A stretch of 64,000 nucleotides of DNA, taken from positions 96,001-160,000 of the forward strand of contig CAVUWV010000010.1 in assembly GCA_963745075.1 (NCBI GenBank), read 5' to 3'. Below the pieces are notes generated by a model. It was not told the origin of the DNA. It made no database searches and saw only the letters and a list, made by a program, of their open reading frames with translations. This document shows, piece by piece, positions 9,503-18,350 of the stretch. Source of the DNA: Candidatus Hydrogenedentota bacterium (GTDB lineage: Bacteria; Hydrogenedentota; Hydrogenedentia; Hydrogenedentales; SLHB01). A program made the translations under genes and the position numbers. How positions within the stretch are numbered: the stretch's first letter is position 1; each line of letters opens with the position of its first letter.

Positions 9503-9623
9503 GGTTCCCCCCTTCAGAGACGATACCGGATTGACCCCTAATCCATCTGCGGGAAAAGTATACCATCGGAACAAAACGAGAATCCTGCGACCGGGAAATG
9601 GTACTATTTAGCGGGGGAACACC

Positions 9624-10790
9624 ATGGATTACGACGAGATTGGCGTCATGCTCGGGCAGGCACCTGCCGCTTTCCATTCGGGTGGAGATGCGGAGTCGTC
9701 GCTACGCGAGCGATTCCGCCGAACCATGTTTTTCCAGCACGTCGACCGGCGCCCGAACTTCGAGTTTGGATATTGGGCCCGCACCATTGAGGTCTGGCAT
9801 TCCCAGGGTCTACCGGATTCTGTCGTCGATGAAGCGACAGCGTACGATTACTTCGGGATCGAGTCGTGGCCGGTGTTGAATGTCACGTCCAATCCGTTGC
9901 CATTGTACGAACGCACGGTCCTCGAAGAAACCGACGAATACGAAACCTATTGCGACGAACTCGGATGTATTGCGCGCATCAACAAGCACGGCGACCAGTC
10001 CATCCCACATTTCCTCGAGTACCCCGTCAAAGACCGCGCGACGTGGGAACCCTTCAAGGCGGCGATGGACCCGAACGCTCCGGCGCGTTGGGAGGACTTC
10101 GAGGAATCGCTCGTCACACTCAGTCGCGTCGATGCGCCCATTGGCGTGTACGGCGGCAGCATGGCGGGCGTTCCGCGCAATCTGATCGGCTTCGAGCATA
10201 TCGCCACGTTGCCCTACGAAGACCCCGCGTTTCTTACAGAGATCATCGACGCGTTTGGCGCGTGTACGGTGGCCGTACTCGAACGTGTGCTGCCGCGCAT
10301 CCAGGTCGACTTCTGCATGGGCTGGGAAGATATCTGCTTCAACATGGGACCCATCATCCCGCCGGACTTCTTTCGGGCCGTCGTCGGTCCGTGGTATCGG
10401 CGCATCGCAGACCTGCTGACGGCGCACGGCTGCTGCGTGTACACGACTGACACTGACGGCAACATTCTTCCCGTGGTAGACGCCTTTCTCGACAACGGCC
10501 TCAACACCATGTTTCCAGTCGAAGTCCACGCCGGTTCCGATCCCTGCCGACTGCGGGACGTGTATGGGAAACGCATCCGATTATGGGGCGGCGTGTGTAA
10601 GCGGAAACTGGCCCATTCCCGCGACGCCATCGACGCGGAACTGGAGCGGTTGCGTCCCTATGTGGAGCAAGGCGGATTTATCCCGGGTGTCGACCACCGT
10701 GTGCCGGCCGACGTGCCGCTCGACCTGTACAAGTACTATCTCGACCGCAAGCGCGACGTGCTGCGCGTGGGCGGCGAACCCAAATATTGA
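9624..10790 (+). CDS. Uroporphyrinogen decarboxylase / MtaA-like family protein
   Basis: Motifs RERFRRTM...VDR, WEDICFNMGP, DTDGN, WGGVCK and GGFIPGVDHRVP. Confidence 0.85.
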   Translation: MDYDEIGVMLGQAPAAFHSGGDAESSLRERFRRTMFFQHVDRRPNFEFGYWARTIEVWHSQGLPDSVVDEATAYDYFGIESWPVLNVTSNPLPLYERTVLEETDEYETYCDELGCIARINKHGDQSIPHFLEYPVKDRATWEPFKAAMDPNAPARWEDFEESLVTLSRVDAPIGVYGGSMAGVPRNLIGFEHIATLPYEDPAFLTEIIDAFGACTVAVLERVLPRIQVDFCMGWEDICFNMGPIIPPDFFRAVVGPWYRRIADLLTAHGCCVYTTDTDGNILPVVDAFLDNGLNTMFPVEVHAGSDPCRLRDVYGKRIRLWGGVCKRKLAHSRDAIDAELERLRPYVEQGGFIPGVDHRVPADVPLDLYKYYLDRKRDVLRVGGEPKY

Positions 10791-11872
10791 GCGAAATTAT
10801 GAACGGCATCGAACGCATATCGAACATTCTCCGACGCAAACCGGTGGACCGGATCGGTTTGTTCGAACACTTCTGGGGCGACACGCAGAAGAAGTGGTCC
10901 GGGGAAGGCCATCTCGCGCCGGACGAATCGTTGGAGGAGCACTTCGGATTCGACATGCAGTTGTGCTGGCCGTTCAACATGACCGCCAACCTCGATCACG
11001 AACCCGAGGTGCTGGAGGAAACCGAAGAGACCATCCTCACGCGTGACGGAAATGGCGCCGTGCTGCGGCGGCATAAACTGCACGACGCCACTCCCGAGCA
11101 TATTGATTTCCTCGTCAAGGATCGGGCGGCCTGGGAGGAGCATATCAAACCCTATCTCGAACCCGAACGGGCACGCATCGATTTCGCCGCCTATCGCAAG
11201 GCCCGATGTGAAGCGGAGCACCGTGGCCGTTTCTTTGGGTGGTCGGGCGTCAATGTTTTCGAGTTGATGCATCCCGTTTGCGGGCACGAACACATGCTCG
11301 TGGGCATGGCGGTGGATCCGGACTGGATTCGGGATATGGTTGATACCTACGCAAACCTCACCGTCTCCCTCATGGAGATCCTCTTCGCCGAGGAAGGGTA
11401 CCCCGACGGCCTTTGGTTCTACGAAGATATGGGGTTTAAGAAACGATCCTTCTTTTCGCTGGATATGTACCGGGAAATCATCCAGCCCGGCCACCGCCGG
11501 ACCATCGACTTCGCCAAGAGCCACGGGTTACCGGTCATCATGCATTCCTGCGGCTACGTCGCGCCCCTAATTCCGGGGATGTTGGAGTCCGGCATCGACT
11601 GCCTCCAGGTCATCGAGGTCAAAGCCGGGATGGACCTCCTGGAACTCTACCGGGCCTACGGCGACCGGCTTTCGTTTATGGGCGGAATCGACGTTCGCGT
11701 CCTCTATACCAACGACCGGGAGCAAATCGAGGCCGAACTGGCCGCGAAGATTCCGGCCGTTAAGGAGCACTACGGATACGTGTTGCATTCGGACCACTCC
11801 ATCCCCGATCAAGTCGACTATGAGAGCTACCGGTTTTTTGTTGACCGGGGGATGGAAATCGGACGATACTAG
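10787..11872 (+). CDS. Uroporphyrinogen decarboxylase / MtaA-like family protein (retains HxC)
   Basis: Motifs ERISNIL...PVDRI, YEDMGF, MHSCG, MGGID and SDHSIP. The start could be TTG 10787 or ATG 10799. Confidence 0.85.
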   Translation: MSEIMNGIERISNILRRKPVDRIGLFEHFWGDTQKKWSGEGHLAPDESLEEHFGFDMQLCWPFNMTANLDHEPEVLEETEETILTRDGNGAVLRRHKLHDATPEHIDFLVKDRAAWEEHIKPYLEPERARIDFAAYRKARCEAEHRGRFFGWSGVNVFELMHPVCGHEHMLVGMAVDPDWIRDMVDTYANLTVSLMEILFAEEGYPDGLWFYEDMGFKKRSFFSLDMYREIIQPGHRRTIDFAKSHGLPVIMHSCGYVAPLIPGMLESGIDCLQVIEVKAGMDLLELYRAYGDRLSFMGGIDVRVLYTNDREQIEAELAAKIPAVKEHYGYVLHSDHSIPDQVDYESYRFFVDRGMEIGRY

Positions 11873-11905
11873 ATAGCACTGTATATGGGAAGAGAGGGAG
11901 ATGCC

Positions 11906-12574
11906 ATGGAAGAGATTCTGAAGAACATCGCAACGTGTATCGAGCGGGGCAAGGTCAATGCCGCGTCGCCGTATCCGCCGGACTTGAAGGGGCAGGACGG
12001 CGCCGACGAGTTGACGAAAGCCGCGCTGGACATGGGAATCGATCCCAATGACGTGCTTGCCCAAGGCCTCGTCGTCGGCATGAATGCGATCGGCCGGAAG
12101 TTCAGCGAAAACAAGGTGTTCGTGCCCGATCTGCTCATGGCTTCCAAGGCCATGCAGGCCGCCATGGCACACCTGAAGCCCTTCTTCGAATCCGGCCAGG
12201 CCAAGCACCGTGGATCGTTTATCGTCGGCACGGTCCAGGGTGACCTGCACGATATCGGCAAGAATCTGGTCAGCATGGTTATGGAAGGCGGGGGCTGGGA
12301 AGTCATTGACCTCGGCGTTGACGTAAGCGCCGAGAAATTCGTCGACGCCCTGCGCGAACGCCCGGGAAGCGCCATCGGACTCAGCGCGTTGTTGACCACG
12401 ACTATGGTCAACATGGAGAAGACCGTAACAGCCGTACGCCAGGAATTCCCCGACACCAAGATCATCGTAGGTGGCGCCCCCCTGACCGCGGAGTTCGCAA
12501 AGAAGATCGGCGCGGACGCCTATTCGCCCGATCCGCAAGGCGCTCTGGATTATCTCGCCGGCGCGGTGGCCTGA
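11906..12574 (+). CDS. Corrinoid (B12-binding) methyl-carrier protein, MtaC-like
   Basis: Cap domain (GMNAIGRKF...FVPDLL) plus GDLHDIGKN (DxHxxG), SALLTTT and IVGGAP. Confidence 0.93.
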   Translation: MEEILKNIATCIERGKVNAASPYPPDLKGQDGADELTKAALDMGIDPNDVLAQGLVVGMNAIGRKFSENKVFVPDLLMASKAMQAAMAHLKPFFESGQAKHRGSFIVGTVQGDLHDIGKNLVSMVMEGGGWEVIDLGVDVSAEKFVDALRERPGSAIGLSALLTTTMVNMEKTVTAVRQEFPDTKIIVGGAPLTAEFAKKIGADAYSPDPQGALDYLAGAVA

Positions 12575-12621
12575 GTGCGGGTTTCCTCGTCGCGCATCGG
12601 GGGAAGCTGAGAGGGGGACTG

Positions 12622-13317
12622 GTGATGGACGGCTCCGTCGAGGAGTACGCCGTTGATTTCGCGTCCATGGGGTTGACTCCTGCCCACGTCGAGTGGGCTA
12701 TGGGCTATCCCATGGGACAGGCGCCCGATCCGCTGCCGGTATTGATCGCGGAGTTGTTGGAGGAAGCCCCTCATCAGTCAGCGGGGCGCGTGGGCGCGCG
12801 TACGCTTCCACCGGGTAGGGTACGCGTCGGGGACGATTGCCTGAGTCTGGACGGCACGGTATTTAGGACCGGCCCGCAGATTGCCGCATTGATGAGTGAC
12901 TCGGAATCCGTCGTGGTCTTTGTGGCCACGGTTGGTCGCTCGATGGATGCGTGGATCAAGGGGTACTTCGAGCGCGGCGACCCGATGCGCGGTTACGTGG
13001 CGGACACCATCGGCTCGGAAGCCGTGGAAGGGGCCGCCAACTGGTTGGAAGAACGAATCATGGACCGCGCGATCGAATCCAGCCACTACACGACCAGCCG
13101 GTTCAGCCCCGGCTTTTGCGACTGGGACGTGGACGAGCAACATCGTTTGTTTTCGTTGCTGCCGGAAGGATTCTGCGGCATACAACTCACGGATAGCGCG
13201 CTGATGCTGCCGGTCAAGTCGGTCAGCGGCGTTCTCGGCATCGGAACGGATTGCGAACGCGTGGTGACGGCTTGCAGCGTCTGCACACTGGAAACCTGCT
13301 TTCGGCGCAGGCTATAG
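12622..13317 (+). CDS. Stand-alone B12-dependent methionine synthase activation (reactivation) domain protein
   Basis: Motifs FVATVG, DTIGSEAVE, RFSPGFCDW, LMLPVKSVSG and a C-terminal CxxCxxxxC. Confidence 0.85.
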   Translation: MMDGSVEEYAVDFASMGLTPAHVEWAMGYPMGQAPDPLPVLIAELLEEAPHQSAGRVGARTLPPGRVRVGDDCLSLDGTVFRTGPQIAALMSDSESVVVFVATVGRSMDAWIKGYFERGDPMRGYVADTIGSEAVEGAANWLEERIMDRAIESSHYTTSRFSPGFCDWDVDEQHRLFSLLPEGFCGIQLTDSALMLPVKSVSGVLGIGTDCERVVTACSVCTLETCFRRRL

Positions 13318-13335
13318 ACCGCCAAATGGGGGATC

Positions 13336-14232
13336 ATGAACTCAATCCTAAATGCACTTCGGGAACGCAAGTACCTCGTCTCTGACGGGGGATGGGGAAC
13401 CTTCCTCGTGGCGGCCGGTCTGGGGCCCGGAGAATGTCCGGAACTGTGGAACGCCGATCGCCCCGACGTGGTGCGTACCATTGCATCGACCTACGCAGAA
13501 GCCGGCGCCGACATCGTCATGACCAACAGCTTCGGCGGTTCGCGCATTACACTCGAACCGTACGGCCTTGCGTCGCGCGCGTCCGAGCTGAACGAAGCGG
13601 CCGCACGACTTTCTCGGGAAGCCGTCGGCGACCGAGCGCAGGTACTCGCCTCCGTGGGGCCCACGGGCAAGATTCTCATGATGGGCGACGTGACCGAAGA
13701 AGAACTCTATGACGCCTTCAAGGAGCAAGCGGAGGCCTTGGCTCGCGGCGGTGCGGACGCATGCAGCGTGGAAACCATGACCGCCATCGACGAGGCCGCC
13801 ATCGCCGCTCGGGCGGTAAAAGAAAACACCGACCTCGAGCTGGTCTGTTCGTTTACCTTCAGCATGCGGACCGACGACGGCTACCGAACCATGATGGGCG
13901 TTTCCGTCGCGGAAATGGCGGAGGCCATGCTTGCCGCGGGGGCCGACGTGCTCGGCGTGAACTGTAGTTTGGGGCCCAAAGAAATGGTCGAGGTCGTGCG
14001 AGATCTGCATGCTGCCGCTCCCGACACGCCGATCCTCGTTCATCCCAACGCCGGTATGCCGAAGCGCGCCGATGATGGGACGGTGACCTATCCCGAGTCT
14101 CCGGAAGGTATGGCGTGCCAAGTGCCCGCCCTGGTCGCGGCTGGAGCCAGCATCCTCGGCGGCTGTTGCGGTACCGGTCCCGATCACATTCGCGCTATCG
14201 CCCGGACGGTGCGGGAGTTGGCAAACCAGTAG
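13336..14232 (+). CDS. Stand-alone homocysteine S-methyltransferase domain protein (MetH N-terminal module)
   Basis: Motifs DGGWGT, AGADIVMTNSFG, ETM and PNAGMP, with the Zn-ligand motifs GVNC and GGCCGT. Confidence 0.92.
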   Translation: MNSILNALRERKYLVSDGGWGTFLVAAGLGPGECPELWNADRPDVVRTIASTYAEAGADIVMTNSFGGSRITLEPYGLASRASELNEAAARLSREAVGDRAQVLASVGPTGKILMMGDVTEEELYDAFKEQAEALARGGADACSVETMTAIDEAAIAARAVKENTDLELVCSFTFSMRTDDGYRTMMGVSVAEMAEAMLAAGADVLGVNCSLGPKEMVEVVRDLHAAAPDTPILVHPNAGMPKRADDGTVTYPESPEGMACQVPALVAAGASILGGCCGTGPDHIRAIARTVRELANQ

Positions 14233-14245
14233 GACAAGCAATACG

Positions 14246-15613
14246 ATGAAACGTTTCGAGTCCCTGGTCGTTTCCGATCTCGCCGAACTGCACTTCGGTC
14301 GCGCGCCGAACCCCGTCCAGATCGCTCCACACGTTGTCGTTGGAGCGGGGGAGACCATTCCCGAAGTCAACTACATTCTCCCGTACAACAGCGAAGTCAG
14401 CGCGGCGACGCTCGAGAACGTCGTCGAGTTGTACCGGACGATGGCGCGTGGCGTGCTTCAACGCGCGGTGGACCTCGAAATCCCGCGTCTGATAATCGAA
14501 ATCGAACTGGTGTTCGAACTGACGGCCGAACCGGAGTGGGGGGAACGGGTTATCCGGGCAACCCGCGAGGCGATCGACGAGTTCGCAGAGCGCGGCGTTC
14601 AAGCTGCGCTGCGCACCACCGTGGCCGATATCCGCGACCGCGTACGCCCACCCCGAAACCGGACCAGCGGCGAAACGGAACTCGTCTTTGAAGCTTTTGA
14701 ACGCTGTGCTCCCTACTCCGATATTCTCTCCATCGAGTCAACCGGTGGAAAGGAAGTCTCGGACAACGCGCTGCTGCATTGCAGTGCCGGAGAACTCGTC
14801 TATGCCCTCGGCGTACTGGCGTCCAACGACATGGAGTTTCTCTGGAAACGCGTGTGCGCCATCGCTGCATCCCATGGAAAAGTTGCCGGCGGTGACGCCG
14901 CATGCGGATTCGCCAACACCGCCATGCAACTTGCCCGGAAACACATGGTTCCCACGGTGTTCGCCGCCGTGGTCCGTGCCATGGGCGCGGCACGTTCACT
15001 CGTGGCCGTCGAGTGCGGCGCGACCGGTCCCGACAAGGACTGCGCCTACGAGGGCCCGGTCCTGAAGGTCATCTCGGGTATTCCCATTGCCATGGAGGGC
15101 AAGTCCGCGGCCTGCGCCCATTCCAGCCCCCTGGGGAACGTGGCGATGGCCTGTTGCGACACGTGGAGCAACGAATCCGTACCGTACACGCAACTGTTCG
15201 GCGGCTACTCGCCGGAAGTCATGCTCGAACAGCTTTGGTACGACTGCAAACTGATGAACGAGGCGCTTCGCAGCGGGGATGCCTTGGTTCTGCGCGATTT
15301 GCTCACCCGTTCCGATACGGGAACCAGCGCGGAGGCGTTGGTGTTGGCGCCCGAGTCCTCCCTGCGGATTGCGCGTGCCATTGTGACTACTCCCGACCGG
15401 GCCGAACGGACGTGCCGTGCTGCGCTGGAAGCGCTTGCAATCATCACCGAAGCCCACCGCGCGGGAGCGCTGACCTTGCCGGACATCGAAATTCCGTGGC
15501 TTGACCGCATCCGGGAAGAGTTGGAAGCGTTTGCATCGGATGGTCCGCGTGCAGTGGAAGGTCAAACGGCCGCGCTTGCGGGGCAGTTCGTCGCGGAAGA
15601 GTACGGACTCTAA
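14246..15613 (+). CDS. mtaB: Methanol:corrinoid methyltransferase MtaB family
   Basis: 455 aa with SIESTGGKE, GDAACGFANTAM, GPDKDCAYEG, EGKSAACAHS and DTWSNES. These match MtaB motifs, including the Glu/Cys/Cys Zn ligands. Confidence 0.9.
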   Translation: MKRFESLVVSDLAELHFGRAPNPVQIAPHVVVGAGETIPEVNYILPYNSEVSAATLENVVELYRTMARGVLQRAVDLEIPRLIIEIELVFELTAEPEWGERVIRATREAIDEFAERGVQAALRTTVADIRDRVRPPRNRTSGETELVFEAFERCAPYSDILSIESTGGKEVSDNALLHCSAGELVYALGVLASNDMEFLWKRVCAIAASHGKVAGGDAACGFANTAMQLARKHMVPTVFAAVVRAMGAARSLVAVECGATGPDKDCAYEGPVLKVISGIPIAMEGKSAACAHSSPLGNVAMACCDTWSNESVPYTQLFGGYSPEVMLEQLWYDCKLMNEALRSGDALVLRDLLTRSDTGTSAEALVLAPESSLRIARAIVTTPDRAERTCRAALEALAIITEAHRAGALTLPDIEIPWLDRIREELEAFASDGPRAVEGQTAALAGQFVAEEYGL

Positions 15614-15738
15614 CCCGTATTGCCGATTGGTGCAGCAGCTCTTGGCAGGGAATTCTTCCGGAACGCCCAGATCTTTCCCCTTGCGAATTCGCGCATTTCG
15701 TGGTTAGATCGTGATAGAGGCATATGGGAGGGGTTCCT

Positions 15739-16185
15739 ATGGCTCCGTTGCGCTTTATTGATGTCCTCCGGAAGGCCGAAGCGTTCCACCGGGATCTGAG
15801 CAACTTCTACCGTTCTCGTATCGCGGAAACTCAGGACGAGCACCTTCGGGTATTGCTGGACCATCTGAGCAGGCATGAAGCGTATATCGAGCACTGCCTC
15901 GAAGAATACGAACACGGCGCATCCAGAGGCGTGCTCGATGCCTGGTTCAAGATCTCACCTAATTTCCGTGCTCTTCCACGAATGCAGCAAATGCGGGTCG
16001 GAGAAGACCTGACACGGGACGCCTTGGTCCAAATGGGGCTCGACCTTGACCGCTTTCTCATCTCCATCTACCGGGAGCTTATCGGACGGGCCATCTCGAC
16101 CCCGCTGCGCGAGGCACTTACAGACTTGCTCGATATGGAGCACCGGGAAGAAATCAGGATGATGTGCAACGCTGCGGCCGACTGA
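15739..16185 (+). CDS. Hypothetical ferritin/rubrerythrin-like helical protein
   Basis: All-helical, with a pattern of FH..L..FY, LSRHE and LLDMEHREE. A GGGAGG RBS precedes ATG 15739. Confidence 0.6.
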   Translation: MAPLRFIDVLRKAEAFHRDLSNFYRSRIAETQDEHLRVLLDHLSRHEAYIEHCLEEYEHGASRGVLDAWFKISPNFRALPRMQQMRVGEDLTRDALVQMGLDLDRFLISIYRELIGRAISTPLREALTDLLDMEHREEIRMMCNAAAD

Positions 16186-16186
16186 G

Positions 16187-16381
16187 TCAGGATTGGTGAA
16201 GGCCACAAGTGTCGGAGTGGTTGCAGCTTCCGCAGTCGTGGCCCATACCTTCCAGGAGGTCGCAGTCGTCCGGTACGTTCGGCGTATTGCGGCGCACCCA
16301 TTGCTGCACCCCGACCCACACCACGGCGATGAATACCATTCCGCCGATTCCGATTCCAAAGGTGTAAAGCAGGTGCATCAT
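16187..16381 (-). CDS. Small single-TM, Cys4 protein at the end of the rnf operon
   Basis: 64 aa: an N-terminal hydrophobic helix, then DDCDLLEGMGHDCGSCNHSDTC. It has a GAGG RBS and starts 40 bp after rnfA. Confidence 0.7.
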   Translation of the reverse strand: MMHLLYTFGIGIGGMVFIAVVWVGVQQWVRRNTPNVPDDCDLLEGMGHDCGSCNHSDTCGLHQS

Positions 16382-16420
16382 GGTACGCGACCTCATCCGG
16401 TTAGCGTCTCGACGCTTTCT

Positions 16421-17005
16421 TTACGTAGTGCCCAAGCCCGCAAATCCCATGAAGGCCATGGATAGAATGCCTGCGACCATCAACGCGATCGCAGTACCTT
16501 TCGCGACACCGGGTACATCGGCCAGGTTAAGCTGTTCCCGAATACCCGACATGATGATCAGGGCCAGCGCGAAGCCCAAGCCGGAGCCGATGCTGAATAC
16601 GACGCTCTGGGCGAAACTGTACTCCCGAAGCGTTTGAAACAAGGCGACGCCAAGAATGGCGCAGTTGGTGGTAATAAGCGGGAGATAAATCCCCAACGCG
16701 CGGAAGAGCGCGGGACTTGTCTTCTTGATGAACATCTCGACCAACTGCACGGTCGAAGCAATGACCACAATATAGGCGATAATGCGGAGGTATTCGGCGC
16801 CCGTTGCGATCAGCAATTGGTTGATCCCGTAGGTCAGTGTCGAACTGACCATCATGACGAATATGACGGCGCCTCCCATTCGCGACGCAGTATCCAACTT
16901 TCCGGATACCCCGAGAAACGGACAGATGCCGAGGAATACGGCCAACACCAGGTTATTGATGAGGAGCGAGTCGATAAAGATAAACGAGAGGGATGCCGTA
17001 TTCAC
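16421..17005 (-). CDS. rnfA: Rnf complex subunit A
   Basis: Motifs NNLVL..FLGICPFLG, LGIYLPLITTNCAILG and MAFMGF. Confidence 0.95.
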   Translation of the reverse strand: MNTASLSFIFIDSLLINNLVLAVFLGICPFLGVSGKLDTASRMGGAVIFVMMVSSTLTYGINQLLIATGAEYLRIIAYIVVIASTVQLVEMFIKKTSPALFRALGIYLPLITTNCAILGVALFQTLREYSFAQSVVFSIGSGLGFALALIIMSGIREQLNLADVPGVAKGTAIALMVAGILSMAFMGFAGLGTT

Positions 17006-17652
17006 GATGCCTGCTCCTCTGCCGTTGCCAGGACGGCTTTCCGGTCCTTACGCTCTCGCCAAACGGCGAAGGCGAGGAGCCACGCGCCCAAGGTGAAGAA
17101 TCCGCCGCTGGGTAGGAGAAAGATCACCCAGGGCTCATAATGGGAGCCGAACAAGTGGACACCCAGGAAAGTGCCCGCGCCCAGGATCTCGCGTACACTT
17201 CCCAGGCTTAACAGCGCGAGCGAGAAGCCGAGCCCCATTCCCAACGCGTCCAAAATGGCGCGGAAAACGGTGTTCTTTGATGCGAAGGCTTCGGCACGAC
17301 CCAGGATAATGCAGTTCACCACGATAAGTGGGACGAACGGGCCCAACGCGCGGGAAACGGGGATGCTGACCGCTTGGAGGATGTAGTCCGCCGCCGTAAC
17401 AAAAGTCGAAATGATGAGAATGTACGTGGCGATGCGAACCTGTTTGGGAACGATTTTCCGAACCATCGATACGACCGTACTCGACATGACCAGGACAAAC
17501 ATCGTGGCCAACCCCATCGCGATGGCGTTTTGGACCGAGTTTGTCACTGCCAACAGGGGGCACATTCCCAGTACCTGCACAAATACCGGATTCTCTTTCC
17601 AAAGCCCGTTGAAGAGTATATCGGTTTGCGAAGATTTCGCCCCGTCGCTCAT
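17002..17652 (-). CDS. rnfE: Rnf complex subunit E
   Basis: Motifs ENPVFVQVLGMCPLLAVT and PLIVVNCIILGRAEAFASKN. Confidence 0.95.
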   Translation of the reverse strand: MSDGAKSSQTDILFNGLWKENPVFVQVLGMCPLLAVTNSVQNAIAMGLATMFVLVMSSTVVSMVRKIVPKQVRIATYILIISTFVTAADYILQAVSIPVSRALGPFVPLIVVNCIILGRAEAFASKNTVFRAILDALGMGLGFSLALLSLGSVREILGAGTFLGVHLFGSHYEPWVIFLLPSGGFFTLGAWLLAFAVWRERKDRKAVLATAEEQAS

Positions 17653-18350
17653 TGTGTGCCTGCCTTTCGAATCTCGTCCAGATGCTCCGTCACGATCGGG
17701 AGCATGGCATCCGTGCTAACGCGTATGATGTTGCCGACCGCCTTGGAAGAAATCGTTGCACCGGATATCGCGTCGATTTGCCATGGCTCGGACTTCGTCC
17801 CATGTTTTACCGTCACAATCTCATGGGCCGGCTTATCGGTTGTCGGATCTAACGCGACGTCGAGGTCGTTGAAATTGTCCAGGAACCCTGGGTCCGAAGC
17901 GATTTTCGCGCCCAGCCCGGGCGTTTCCTTGGATTCGAGCACCTTGAAGCCGTTGATGCACGCCTTGTCCGGTGAATAGCTGTAAAGCACATTGATGATA
18001 TCTTGATACCCGCGGCCGCTGGCCTCGATCGCGATGCCGGCTAGCTTCCCCGAGTCGTCGTAGCCCACGTAGATTTTCGGCAATGTGGACTTTTCATCCG
18101 GGTTTTCCGTGATGGTCCCATTCGCCAAATCGATCGCAAAGATCTTTTGCGTAGTTGCCGTTGACAGGACTTCGTTAACCGAATCCCGGATGACTTTCGC
18201 ACGATTCCGTGCGATCGCCGGACTGGCGAGTTGGAACACCGTCACAATCAATAGCCCGCAGAGCGTCGCGACCGCAGTCATGACCAGGATCATGTACGCG
18301 CTGCTCGTCTGCTTGGGCACGGGAGCGGCTTGTTCGGACGCCGCACTCAT
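17649..18350 (-). CDS. rnfG: Rnf complex subunit G (FMN-binding)
   Basis: N-terminal TM helix, ETPGLG and the flavinylation motif DAISGATISS. Confidence 0.93.
   Translation of the reverse strand: MSAASEQAAPVPKQTSSAYMILVMTAVATLCGLLIVTVFQLASPAIARNRAKVIRDSVNEVLSTATTQKIFAIDLANGTITENPDEKSTLPKIYVGYDDSGKLAGIAIEASGRGYQDIINVLYSYSPDKACINGFKVLESKETPGLGAKIASDPGFLDNFNDLDVALDPTTDKPAHEIVTVKHGTKSEPWQIDAISGATISSKAVGNIIRVSTDAMLPIVTEHLDEIRKAGTQ

Noticed and set aside
9503..9623. Cobalamin or SAM riboswitch ahead of the methyltransferase genes
   Set aside because: The gap is only 121 bp, is shared by divergent genes and shows no B12-box or S-box core that I can recognise.
8498..15613. Methanogenesis or heme biosynthesis interpretation
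   Set aside because: The context is bacterial, with no mcr/mtr or other hem genes. The UroD-like proteins sit with corrinoid methyl-transfer genes.
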